The notes beneath the pieces were generated by a model, which was not told where the DNA came from, did not search any database, and saw only the letters and a list, made by a program, of their open reading frames with translations. A stretch of DNA of 54,522 nucleotides from an uncultured Acidobacteriota bacterium (lineage in GTDB: Bacteria; Acidobacteriota; Polarisedimenticolia; J045): the NCBI GenBank assembly GCA_964582785.1, contig CAZOTT010000005.1:1-54522 (forward strand), read 5' to 3'. Shown piece after piece: positions 45,234 through 54,522 of the stretch. The translations under genes were made by a program, and so were the position numbers. The stretch's first letter is position 1; each line of letters begins with the position of its first letter.

Positions 45234-48200
45234 ATGCTCCGGCTCGAGCGGATGGAGGTCACCGGCTTCAAGAGCTTCCCGGAGCCGACCGTCGTCGAGT
45301 TCCCGGACGGGGTGACGGCGGTCGTCGGGCCGAACGGGAGCGGGAAGTCCAACATCGCCGACGCGATCAACTGGGTGATCGGGGAACAGTCCGCCCGCGC
45401 CCTGCGGGGCCGGCGGATGGAGGACGTCATCTTCGCCGGCAGCGACGCCCGGGGTCCCGGGGGGATGGCGGAGGTGACCCTGCACCTGGTCAGCCGGGGG
45501 GAACCCCTGCCGGACGGCCGCACCCGCGTTTCCATCACCCGGCGGCTCTTCCGCACCGGGGAAAGCGAGTACCTGGTCGACGGAAAGCGGGTCCGCCTCC
45601 AGGACGTGCGGGCCCTCCTGGAGCAGTCCCGGGTCGGGGCCCGGACGTACGCCGTCATCGACCAGGGCCGGGTGGCCGCCTTCGTCACCGCCCGTCCCCA
45701 GGAGCGACGGCTGTTCATCGAGGAGGCGGCGGGGATCGCCGGGTACAAGCGCCGCCGCCGCCAGGCCGAGCTGAAGCTGGAGGCCACCCGGGCGAACCTT
45801 CTCCGGGTGGACGACATCCTCCGCGAGGTCGAACGCCAGCGCCGGTCCCTCAAGCGACAGGCCGGGGCGGCCCGCCGGGCCCGCCGGCTGGACGAGGAAA
45901 TCCGTGTCCTGCGGGGGGTCTGGATCCGCCGCCGCGTCGACGAGCTCGCCGGCCTGCTCGCCGCTTCGGAGGAGGCCCACGCCGTCGCCCGCCGGGAGGC
46001 GGACCACGTGACCCGGGAGCGGGAGCGGGTCGAGGCGCGCCTGGAGGCGGCCCGCCGGGAACTCGAGGGGGCCCGGTCCCGCCGCGAGGAAGCGTCCGAG
46101 GATCTCCACCGCCTGCGGCTGGAACTGGAACGGACGGAACGGGAGCTGGCGTCCTCCCGGGAACGGGCGGAGGCCCTGCGGGCCGAGGCGGACCGCCGGG
46201 CGGGAGAGGGTCGCCGGCTCGAGGAGGAACGGCGATCCCGGGAACGGGAGCTGGCGGCGATCGAGGCCCGCCTGGAAGCGCTGGCCGGCGAACGCCGGGA
46301 GCGGGCAGAGGCGGTGGCGCAGGCCCGGCAGGCCCTGGAGGCCGCCCGGCGGGAGCTCGAAGCCACCCGCGCCCGGGTGCGCGGTCTCGAGGAGCGTCTC
46401 CACGGGGAGATGCACCGGCGTGCGGACCTGGCGGCCCGGCTGGCGGCCGCCCGGCAGGAGAGCGGCCGCGAGCGGGAACGGCACCGGGAGGCGCTGGCGG
46501 CCCGGGACCGGCTCGCGGCCCGCCGGCGCGAGGTGGAGGGCCGCCTGGCCGGGGGACGGAAGGCCCTGGCCGCCGCCCGGGAGCGGCTGGCGAAGCTGGA
46601 AGAGGAGCTGGAGGCCGCCCGGGCGGCCGAGGACGCCGCGGGGCGGCGGCTCGAGCAGGCGCGGGGCCGGGAGGCGAGAATCGCCGCGGATCTCGCCGCG
46701 CGGAACGGGGAGAAGGCCGCCCTCGATTCCCTCGAGGTGCGCCTGGCCGGCGCGGAGCCGGCCCGGGAGGTGCTGGAACGGGCCCGGGAGGGCCGTCTCG
46801 CCGCCCGGAGCGTCCTGGCCGACCTGCTCGAGGTGGACGGTGACATCGAGGCGGCGGCGGAATCCTTCCTGGGGAAGGCCCTCCCCGCCGTGGTGGTCGA
46901 GAGCGGGGAGGACGTCCTGGCCGGGCTCTCCCTCGGCGTGCGGGGGGACGTCACGTTCCTTCCCCTGGATGCCCCCCCGGCCGGGCCCTGCGAGGGGGAA
47001 CGGCCCCTCCCGCCGGAACTCGCCGCCGACCCCCGCGTGCGGGGGCGGCTGGCGGCCCGCCTCCGGGCCCGGGCGGAACTGGACGGCCGTCTTTCCTGCC
47101 ACCTCGAGGACGCCGTGCTCGTGGAAGACCTGGCCGCCGGTCTCGAGCTCCACCGGCGGTGGCCCGGGTGGAACTACCTGGCCCCGGAAGGCCACGTGGT
47201 TCACCGGAACGGCCTGGTCACCGTGGCCGGGAAGCCGGGCGGGGAGGGTTTCCTCGCCCGGGCCCGCCGCCGGGAGGAACTCGCCCGCCAGGTCGCCCGC
47301 CTCGGGCGCGACCTGGAAGAGGCGTCCGCAGCGGTGGCGGCCGCCCGGGAACTCCTCGACGAGGCCCGCGTGGCGCGCCGGCGCCTCGAGGGTTCCCTCG
47401 CCGAGGCGGGCCGGCGGGCGGAGGAACTCCGGGCCGCCGTCGAGCAGGCGGAGGCGGAGCTGGAGCGCCTCGGGCGGGAAGATGCCTTCGTCGAGGAGGC
47501 CGCCGCCGGGGCGGAGCGCGCGGCCGCCCGGGCCTCGTCCGAGGCGGAGGCCCTCGCCCGGGAACTCGCGTCCGTGGAGGGAAGCGTCACCGAGTCCGGC
47601 CGGCGGCTCGCGGCGGCCCGCCGGGAGCTGGAGGCGGCCGAGGAGTCGGCCCGGCAGGCCGCCGACCGGTTGGCGGACCGGCTGGCGGACGAGCGCGTGC
47701 TCGGGGAGCGGGTCGAGTCGGCCCGCCGGGAGGCGGAGCGGGTCCGCGGGGAGATCCGGCGGCTGGTGCGCCGCACCAGGGAAGGGGCCGACGCCTCCCG
47801 GGAGGCGGCCCGGAAGATCGGGGAACTGACCGCCCGGGCCGGGAAACTGGAGCAGGTCCGGGAGAAGCTCCGGGAGCGGGTGGCCCGGGCGGAGACGGTG
47901 CTGGAAGAGGCGACGGCCCGGCTCCGCGAGGCCAGCGGCGTGACCCACGGCCTCGAGGAACGGCTGGCCGCGCTGCTCGGGGAGCTCGAGGGGATCCGGG
48001 CCCGGCGGGAGCGGTTCGCCCTCGAGGTGGAGCGGTTGCGGTCCGACCTCGCCCACGTGGCGGAAACCTGCCGGGAGGAACTCGGGGTCGAGCCGGGTGA
48101 ACTGCGGGTGGACCCGCCGGTGGACGTCGACCCGGCGGCCCTGGCGGACGAGCGGTGGGTCGCGGCCCGCCTCGAGGGACTGCGGGAGAAGCGGCGCCGG

Positions 48201-48794
48201 ATCGGGGTGGTGAACCCCCTGGCCGAGCAGGAATACGACGAACTCTCGGCCCGGTTCGAGGAGCTGTCGGCCCGCAAGGAAGACCTCGAGGCGACGATCG
48301 CCGAGCTGAACGGTTCCGTGCGGAAGATGGACCGGGAAAGCCGGGACCGCTTCCTCGAGGCCTGGCGGGAGATCCGCCGTCACTTCAAGGAGCAGTTCGC
48401 GATCCTCTTCCGGGGAGGAAAGGCGGACCTCGTCCTCGACGACGAGAAGGAGCCGCTCGAGAGCGGCATCGAGATCGTGTGCCAGCCGCCGGGCAAGAAG
48501 CTCCAGTCGGTGAGCCTGCTCTCGGGAGGAGAAAAGGCCCTGGTGGCGACGGCGATGCTCTTCGCCATCTTCCGCTACCAGCCGCCGCCGTTCTGCCTGC
48601 TCGACGAGGTGGACGCCCCCCTGGACGAGGTGAACGTCAGCCGCTTCGCCGAGGTGCTGCGGGGATTCACCGGCAGGACCCAGTTCATCCTGATCACCCA
48701 CAACAAGCGCACGATGGAGATGGCCGACGTGCTCTACGGGGTGACGATGCCGCAGCCGGGAATCTCCCGCCTCGTCGCCATGTCCCTCGACTGA
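45234..48794 (+). CDS. smc: Chromosome segregation protein SMC
   Basis: GFKSF, GPNGSGKSN, coiled coils with hinge, LSGGEKA, LLDEVDAPLD, ITH. Confidence 0.97.
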   Translation: MLRLERMEVTGFKSFPEPTVVEFPDGVTAVVGPNGSGKSNIADAINWVIGEQSARALRGRRMEDVIFAGSDARGPGGMAEVTLHLVSRGEPLPDGRTRVSITRRLFRTGESEYLVDGKRVRLQDVRALLEQSRVGARTYAVIDQGRVAAFVTARPQERRLFIEEAAGIAGYKRRRRQAELKLEATRANLLRVDDILREVERQRRSLKRQAGAARRARRLDEEIRVLRGVWIRRRVDELAGLLAASEEAHAVARREADHVTRERERVEARLEAARRELEGARSRREEASEDLHRLRLELERTERELASSRERAEALRAEADRRAGEGRRLEEERRSRERELAAIEARLEALAGERRERAEAVAQARQALEAARRELEATRARVRGLEERLHGEMHRRADLAARLAAARQESGRERERHREALAARDRLAARRREVEGRLAGGRKALAAARERLAKLEEELEAARAAEDAAGRRLEQARGREARIAADLAARNGEKAALDSLEVRLAGAEPAREVLERAREGRLAARSVLADLLEVDGDIEAAAESFLGKALPAVVVESGEDVLAGLSLGVRGDVTFLPLDAPPAGPCEGERPLPPELAADPRVRGRLAARLRARAELDGRLSCHLEDAVLVEDLAAGLELHRRWPGWNYLAPEGHVVHRNGLVTVAGKPGGEGFLARARRREELARQVARLGRDLEEASAAVAAARELLDEARVARRRLEGSLAEAGRRAEELRAAVEQAEAELERLGREDAFVEEAAAGAERAAARASSEAEALARELASVEGSVTESGRRLAAARRELEAAEESARQAADRLADRLADERVLGERVESARREAERVRGEIRRLVRRTREGADASREAARKIGELTARAGKLEQVREKLRERVARAETVLEEATARLREASGVTHGLEERLAALLGELEGIRARRERFALEVERLRSDLAHVAETCREELGVEPGELRVDPPVDVDPAALADERWVAARLEGLREKRRRIGVVNPLAEQEYDELSARFEELSARKEDLEATIAELNGSVRKMDRESRDRFLEAWREIRRHFKEQFAILFRGGKADLVLDDEKEPLESGIEIVCQPPGKKLQSVSLLSGGEKALVATAMLFAIFRYQPPPFCLLDEVDAPLDEVNVSRFAEVLRGFTGRTQFILITHNKRTMEMADVLYGVTMPQPGISRLVAMSLD

Positions 48795-48887
48795 CCGGTT
48801 CCTGCCGGATTGCCCGGCCGCGTCCCGGGACCCATCTTCTGCCCCGGCCGGTCCGGCCGCGCGCGGCACCGGCCGGGAGGACCCGCG

Positions 48888-49883
48888 ATGTCCGAGAGGT
48901 CGACCTCGCTGCTGCTCCGGTTGCTGCCGGCCGGCGCCATGGCCGTCGGCGCGTTCGCCGGGGGAACCCTCGGAGGCGGTGGCGCGCTGCTCGCCGGGGC
49001 CCTGGCCCTGGCCGGTTTCACCTTCGGCTGGAGCGTTCTCGCCCCCCCGCGGGAGGAACCGTCCGGGGAGCCCCGGGAAGGGAAGGCCGGTCCCGTCCTG
49101 GAGGCGCGGCTGGCCGCCTACCGGGAGGAATCGCGCTCGCTGCGGGAGGCGATCGCCCGGGAACGGGAGCGGGGCCGCCAGGCGGGCCGGATGCTCGAGG
49201 CGGTCGGCACGCTCGTGCTCCCCGGCCTGTACACCGTGGACGGGATCCTCTCCGGCCTCCTGGGGGAACCGGAACGGGCGATCGATCGCCGGCGGGCCCT
49301 GGGCCCGGCGGTGCGGGAACTGCGGCGGCTCCGGCACCTGGTCGAGGAGCTGCTGGCCCTGGCCCGGGAGGAGGAAGACGGCGGGTCCCTGGCCCCCGCT
49401 CCCCTGGAGCTGCGGCCGTTCCTCGCGGACGTCTGCCGGGAGGAAGGGGCGGGGGAACCGCGGGTGGAGGACCCGGTCCCCGCCCTGGTCCTCGTGGACC
49501 GCACCCGCCTCGAGACCGCCCTCCGGTCCCTCCTGCGGGCCGGGGAACGCCCCGTGGAGGTCACCGTTTCCGGGAGGCCCACGGGGATCGACCTCGTCGA
49601 GCTTTCCTTCCGGCTGCCGGGCCGGGCGGGAATCGTCCGGGAGACCCGGGCGGCCCGGGACGATGGGCGGGTCGCCGCCCACCTGGCGGCGGCCGGGGAG
49701 CCTGCCCTGGCCGCGTTGCTGGGGATCCGGGCGTTCGAACGCCTCGGGGGAGCCCTGGACCTGGACGGGGACGCCGTCACCGCCCGCCTGGTCCTGCCGC
49801 TGGCGGCCGACCGGCGCCGCCGGGGCACCGGCGCGGAGCCGGCGGCCGCCGGGCCGGTGGAGGTCCCCGTCGCGGCCGACTGA
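48888..49883 (+). CDS. Membrane protein resembling a degenerate sensor histidine kinase
   Basis: GGAGG RBS; 2 TMs, coiled coil, RRLRHLVEELLALAR, VLVDRTRLETALRSLL; no clear H, N or G boxes. Confidence 0.55.
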   Translation: MSERSTSLLLRLLPAGAMAVGAFAGGTLGGGGALLAGALALAGFTFGWSVLAPPREEPSGEPREGKAGPVLEARLAAYREESRSLREAIARERERGRQAGRMLEAVGTLVLPGLYTVDGILSGLLGEPERAIDRRRALGPAVRELRRLRHLVEELLALAREEEDGGSLAPAPLELRPFLADVCREEGAGEPRVEDPVPALVLVDRTRLETALRSLLRAGERPVEVTVSGRPTGIDLVELSFRLPGRAGIVRETRAARDDGRVAAHLAAAGEPALAALLGIRAFERLGGALDLDGDAVTARLVLPLAADRRRRGTGAEPAAAGPVEVPVAAD

Positions 49884-49913
49884 GGCCCGGGTTCGCGGTA
49901 TCCTGCCCCCGCG

Positions 49914-51710
49914 ATGAGCGGGCGCGGCGGAAACCGGGACGGCGGGTGGACGGGGCCGGGTGGCCGGCGCCGGGTGGCGCTTCTCCTGGGGCTCTTCCTC
50001 CTGGCCCTCGCGGTGCGGGGGGCCGCGATCCTGGAATCGGCGGGGTCTCCCTACCATCGCCACCTGGTGCTGGACGCGGCCACCTACCACCGGATCGCCG
50101 TCCGGGGAGATCCCCGGGAGCCGTTCTGGCAGCCCCCCCTCTACCCGTGGTTCCTGCGGGCCGTCTACCGGCTGGCGGGGGGGCCCGCTCCCGGGGCCGC
50201 CCGGGCCGTCCAGGCCGTCCTGGGCGCCCTCTCCGCGGTCCTGGCCGCCCTCCTCGCGGCCCGGTTCACGGACCACCGTCTCGCCCTCCTGGCGGGCCTG
50301 CTGGTCGCCCTGTGGGGCCCCCTCGTCTACTTCGACGGTGAGATCCTGCCCGCGTCCCCGGCCGCGTTCCTGGTCCTCGTCCTCCTGCTGCTCGTGACGG
50401 CCTCCCCTCGCCGGGGTTCGCCCCGCTTCACCGTCCTTCCCGTCGTGGCGGGGCTCGTCCTCGGCCTGGGGGGAGTCCTGCTTCCCTCCCTGGCCCTCGC
50501 CGGGGGGCTGCTCCTGCTGTGGGGCTGGCGCACCCGGGGATGGCGCTGGGCCCTCCTCTTCGCCGTGGCGGCCTCCCTGCCGATCGTCCCCGTCGCGCTG
50601 CGGAACGCCCGTTTCGGGGAGGGGTTCGTGCCGGTGTCCTGGAACGGCGGGGTGAACTTCTACATCGGCAACCACCGGGACTACCCGCAGACCGTCGGGA
50701 TCCGGCCCGGGACGCGCTGGGGACACCTGGTCGAGGAACCCCGGTGCCGGGGCGGCGCCCGGACCCGGGCGGAGGAGGACGCCTGGTTCTGGCGGGCCGG
50801 CCTGGCGGAGATCGGTCGGGCCCCGGGGCGGTGGCTGGCGCACCTGCTCGAGAAGGTGGGAGAAACGTGGAACCGCCGGGAGATCGGGCGGAACCGGGAC
50901 ATCTACGATGCCCGGGAAGAATCGCTGGTCCTGCGGCTCCTCCTGCAGCCCTGGGGGGCGCCGTTCCTGCTCCTGGCCGCCCTCGTCCCGGCTTCCCTCG
51001 CCGCCCTCGCCCGCCGGAGAGAGATCCCCTGGCCGGTGTTCCTGGCGGCCCTGGGCATCCTGGCCGTTTCCCTGGTCTTCTTTCCCACCGCCCGCTACCG
51101 GGCACCGGCCCTCCCGCTCCTGGTCGTGCTCGCCGTGGCGGGGCTCCCGCACCTCCGGCCCCGGGACGCGGTGGCGGGCGTGGTGGGCATCGCCGTGGCG
51201 TTCGCCCCCGTCGGCATTCCGCGCATCCCCCGCGCGGAAACGTTCTACGAGATCGCGGTGGACCTGGAGCAGGATGGCCGGGCGGGAGAGGCCCTGCCCT
51301 TCTTCGAGCGGGCGGAGGCGCTCGACCCGGACAACCCGGACCTGCTCCTGTCCCACGGGCTCGCCCTGGTCAGGACCGGCCGGGAGGAGGAGGGAAGGCG
51401 CCTTCTCGAGCGGGCCGTGGCCCTCGACCCCGGGGTCGACCTGGCCTGGCAGGCCCTCGGCGTGTACTGGCGGCGTCACGGCGACCTCGCCCGGGCACGG
51501 GACTGCCTCGAACGGGCGGTCGCCGCCGACCCCTGCAACCGCCGGGCCCACGCGCTGCTGGCCGACCTCTACCTGGACCTGGGCCGCCTGGAGGACGCCC
51601 GGCGGGAACTGGCGGTGGCCCGGCGGGTCCATCCCCGGCCCGACCGCACCGTGCTGCGGGTGTCGCGGCGCCTCGAGGCGGTCATCCGGCGCCTCGGGGG
51701 CGACCGCTGA
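49914..51710 (+). CDS. GT-C (ArnT/PMT-like) membrane glycosyltransferase with C-terminal TPRs
   Basis: LDAATY, PPLYPWFL, multiple TMs, NGGVNFYIGN, RYR; TPRs (EA..FERA..LDP.N). Confidence 0.78.
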   Translation: MSGRGGNRDGGWTGPGGRRRVALLLGLFLLALAVRGAAILESAGSPYHRHLVLDAATYHRIAVRGDPREPFWQPPLYPWFLRAVYRLAGGPAPGAARAVQAVLGALSAVLAALLAARFTDHRLALLAGLLVALWGPLVYFDGEILPASPAAFLVLVLLLLVTASPRRGSPRFTVLPVVAGLVLGLGGVLLPSLALAGGLLLLWGWRTRGWRWALLFAVAASLPIVPVALRNARFGEGFVPVSWNGGVNFYIGNHRDYPQTVGIRPGTRWGHLVEEPRCRGGARTRAEEDAWFWRAGLAEIGRAPGRWLAHLLEKVGETWNRREIGRNRDIYDAREESLVLRLLLQPWGAPFLLLAALVPASLAALARRREIPWPVFLAALGILAVSLVFFPTARYRAPALPLLVVLAVAGLPHLRPRDAVAGVVGIAVAFAPVGIPRIPRAETFYEIAVDLEQDGRAGEALPFFERAEALDPDNPDLLLSHGLALVRTGREEEGRRLLERAVALDPGVDLAWQALGVYWRRHGDLARARDCLERAVAADPCNRRAHALLADLYLDLGRLEDARRELAVARRVHPRPDRTVLRVSRRLEAVIRRLGGDR

Positions 51711-51867
51711 GGAGGAAACCCGGGAGAACCGGGGCGGATCCGGGGTGGCCCGGACGGACCGGGGCATAGAATATGCCGTGGGCGCCGGTCACCGGTCCGC
51801 GGGGTGCGGGCGGGAACCGGCGCCGGGACGAGCCGAGCGTGGCCGGCGGGCCACGGGGAGGTGACAG

Positions 51868-52896
51868 ATGCCCATCACGATCGGACTGATGGGATTCGGC
51901 AGGATCGGCCGGAACATCTTCCGGATCCTGCACCGGAGCGACGAGATCCGGATCGGGGCGATCTCGGACATCGCGGACCACGAGGCGCTGGTCTACCTGC
52001 TGCGCTACGACACGATCCTCGGGAGGTTCCCCGACCAGGTCACCTACCGGGACGGCCACCTCTACACCTGGGGCAGGGAGATCCCGATGCTCTCGGGGCG
52101 CGATCCCGGGGACGTCCGGTGGTCGGACTACGGGGTCGACTACGTGATCGAGGCGACCGGGCGGTCCCGGTCCCGCGCGGAAGCGGAAAGGCACCTCGCG
52201 GCAGGCGCCAGGCGCGTCCTGCTCTGCGTTCCCCCCCGGGAGGAGCCGGACCTGACGGTGATCTGGGGGGTCAACGACGATCGCCTGGGTCCGGACCACC
52301 GGATCGTCTCCAACGGTTCCTGCACCGCCCACTGCGCGGCGCCGATCCTCGCCGTGCTCGACGAGGCCTTCGGCATCGAGCGGGCGCACCTGACCTCGGT
52401 GCACGCCTACACGAGCGCCCAGCGGCTGGCCGACGTGCCCTCCGAGGACCTGCGGCTTTCCCGCGCCGCGGCGGAGAACATCGTGCCGTCGGATACCAAC
52501 GCGGGAACGGTCCTCGAGGGGATCCTCCCGCGCCTCCGGGGCCGGCTGAAGGCCTCCGCCCTGCGGGTGCCCGTGCCGAACGGCTCGATCGTCGACATCT
52601 CGTTCTGGGCGGCGAAGCCGCTCTCCCGCGACGGCATCAACGAGGTCGTCCGCACGGCCGCTTCCGGGCCCTACCGGGGGATCATCGAGTTCATGGAAGA
52701 CCCGATCGTTTCCAGCGACGTGGCGTGCAGCCCCTTCTCGTCCGTGTTCGATTCCCTTGCGACGATGGTCCTGGGGAGCGGCATCGGAAAGGTGATCGCC
52801 TGGTTCGACAACAGCTGGGGTTATTCCCACCGGGCCGTCGACGTGCTGCGACGCTTCGCCGAGCTGGACGGGCTGGCCGAGGAGGTGGAGCGATGA
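51868..52896 (+). CDS. Divergent type I glyceraldehyde-3-phosphate dehydrogenase paralog
   Basis: GFGRIGR, SNGSCTAHC, VHAYT, RVPVPNGS, WFDNSWGYS. Confidence 0.85.
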   Translation: MPITIGLMGFGRIGRNIFRILHRSDEIRIGAISDIADHEALVYLLRYDTILGRFPDQVTYRDGHLYTWGREIPMLSGRDPGDVRWSDYGVDYVIEATGRSRSRAEAERHLAAGARRVLLCVPPREEPDLTVIWGVNDDRLGPDHRIVSNGSCTAHCAAPILAVLDEAFGIERAHLTSVHAYTSAQRLADVPSEDLRLSRAAAENIVPSDTNAGTVLEGILPRLRGRLKASALRVPVPNGSIVDISFWAAKPLSRDGINEVVRTAASGPYRGIIEFMEDPIVSSDVACSPFSSVFDSLATMVLGSGIGKVIAWFDNSWGYSHRAVDVLRRFAELDGLAEEVER

Positions 52897-53897
52897 GCCT
52901 GCGCGTGGCGATCAACGGCTTCGGGCGCATCGGGCGCGCCGTGTTCCGCATCATGAACCAGCGGGACGACCTGGAGGTGGTCGCGATCAACGACCTCTAC
53001 CATCCCCGCCAGCTGGCCTACCTGCTCAAGTACGACACGGTGATGGGCCGCTTCGAGCGGCCGGTGTCCTGGGAGGAGGGGGCGCTGCTGGTGGACGGCC
53101 GGCGGATCCGGCTCACGGCGGAGCGGGACCCCGGCCGCCTCCCGTGGGCCGAGGAACGGGTGGACCTCGTGATCGAGTCGACGGGGGTCTTCCGGCACCG
53201 GGCGAAGATCGAGCCGCACCTGCGGGCGGGGGCAAAGAAGGTGATCCTGACGGTGCCGCCGAAGGACGATGTCGACGCGATCGTCGTGCTCGGGGTCAAC
53301 GACGAGGTGCTGACCCCGGACGCGCGGATCGTCTCCAACGCCTCGTGCACGACGAACTGCCTGGCGCCGGTGGCCAAGGTCCTGCAGGAGTCGTTCGGGA
53401 TCGAGCGCGGGTTCATGACGACCGTCCACGCCTACACCAACGACCAGCGCCTCGCGGACGTGCCGCACCGGGACTTCCGCCGCGCCCGCGCGGCGGCCCA
53501 GAACATCATTCCGACCACGACCGGGGCGGCCAAGGCGGTGGGCAAGGTGCTGCCGGCGCTCGCGGGGAAGCTGGACGGGATGGCGATGCGCGTCCCGGTG
53601 CCGGACGGTTCCGTCGTCGACCTGGTCGTCGAGCTGGGGCGGGAAACGACGGTCGACGAGGTCAACCGCGTGGTGCGGGAGGCCGCCGAGGGCCCGCTGT
53701 CCCGGATCCTCCAGTACACGGAGGAGGCGATCGTGTCCTCGGACGTGATCGGCAACTCCCACAGCTCGATCTTCGACGCGGCGTCGACCCAGATGTTCGG
53801 CCCGCGGCACCTGCGGATCCTGAGCTGGTACGACAACGAGTGGGGTTACTCGAACCGCGTCGTGGACCTGGCGATGCGGCTCGAGCAGTTCCTCTGA
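52893..53897 (+). CDS. gap: Type I glyceraldehyde-3-phosphate dehydrogenase
   Basis: INGFGRIGR, SNASCTTNC, IIPTTTGAAKA, WYDNEWGYS. Confidence 0.97.
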   Translation: MSLRVAINGFGRIGRAVFRIMNQRDDLEVVAINDLYHPRQLAYLLKYDTVMGRFERPVSWEEGALLVDGRRIRLTAERDPGRLPWAEERVDLVIESTGVFRHRAKIEPHLRAGAKKVILTVPPKDDVDAIVVLGVNDEVLTPDARIVSNASCTTNCLAPVAKVLQESFGIERGFMTTVHAYTNDQRLADVPHRDFRRARAAAQNIIPTTTGAAKAVGKVLPALAGKLDGMAMRVPVPDGSVVDLVVELGRETTVDEVNRVVREAAEGPLSRILQYTEEAIVSSDVIGNSHSSIFDAASTQMFGPRHLRILSWYDNEWGYSNRVVDLAMRLEQFL

Positions 53898-53937
53898 GAA
53901 CCGGCCGGGGCCCCCGGCCCCGCGGCGGGAGCGGACG

Positions 53938-54522
53938 ATGGCGCGCAGGATCGGTGTGCTGACCGGCGGGGGCGACGTCCCCGGGCTCAACGTCGTGATC
54001 CGGACCCTCACCTGGCGCATGGAGGACGAGGGCTGGGAGGTTCTCGGTCTCCGGCGGGGGTGGGCGGCGCTGCTCAACGCGGGCACCCAGAGTCCCTTCC
54101 CGCGGGAAGACTGGGTGATCCGTCTCACGCGCCAGAATACCCGCACGATCGACCGGACCGGCGGGACGTGGCTGCATTCCTCCCGCACGAACCCGATGGC
54201 GATGCGGCCGACGGAGATCCCCGATCACCTCCGGGAGGAGGCCCCGGAACCGGGGGAAGGCGGCACGGTCGACATGACCGCGCGGGCGATCCGGACGATC
54301 GAGGAGCTGGGGATCGACGTGCTCGTGGCGATCGGGGGGGACGACACCCTGTCGTTCGCCCGGCGCCTGCACCAGGAGGGCGTGCCGGTCATCGGGATCC
54401 CGAAGACGATGGACAACGATGTCCACGGGACCGACTACTGCATCGGGTTTTCCACCGCGGTGAGCCGCTCGGTCAACATGATCACCGACCTGCGCAGCCC
54501 GGCGGGGTCCCACGAGCGGTTC
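53938..54522 (+). CDS. Family A phosphofructokinase, likely PPi-dependent (3' truncated)
   Basis: Hand translation (not in the ORF track): MARRIGVLTGGGDVPGLN, GGTWLHSSR, IGGDDT, PKTMDND. Confidence 0.92.
   Translation, partial: MARRIGVLTGGGDVPGLNVVIRTLTWRMEDEGWEVLGLRRGWAALLNAGTQSPFPREDWVIRLTRQNTRTIDRTGGTWLHSSRTNPMAMRPTEIPDHLREEAPEPGEGGTVDMTARAIRTIEELGIDVLVAIGGDDTLSFARRLHQEGVPVIGIPKTMDNDVHGTDYCIGFSTAVSRSVNMITDLRSPAGSHERF

Noticed and set aside
43788-51767. 2659-aa minus-strand ORF and many other long overlapping ORFs
   Set aside because: Shadow frames of the prenyl synthase, smc and neighbours; stop codons are rare at this GC content

Overview
Very GC-rich (>70% by eye) bacterial chromosomal window; gene content and protein style suggest Acidobacteriota (inference). 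Most of it is housekeeping: the 3' end of alaS (with a frameshift), pgi, an RluA-family enzyme, tRNA-Phe, recA, an mltD-like gene, comM, mutS, lolA, a polyprenyl synthase, smc, two tandem gap paralogs and the start of a PFK. It also has a sigma28-type chemosensory operon (CheA-REC hybrid, CheW, c-heme MCP, CheB, CheR) preceded by an anti-sigma/STAS pair. The most unusual part is 1.9-13.6 kb. Three paralogous cysteine-conserved lipoproteins of a family I do not recognise sit there; two follow a near-consensus sigma70 promoter and structured leader and show a codon bias typical of high expression. Next to them are a lipoprotein subtilase and a divergent 2355-aa secreted protein alternating three FG-GAP propellers with thrombospondin type-3 repeats, ending in a small Cys-containing C-terminal domain. 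This is a candidate undescribed cell-surface (layer/filament/adhesin) system. No CRISPR array, transposase or integrase was seen. All calls come from motif reading; no searches were run.
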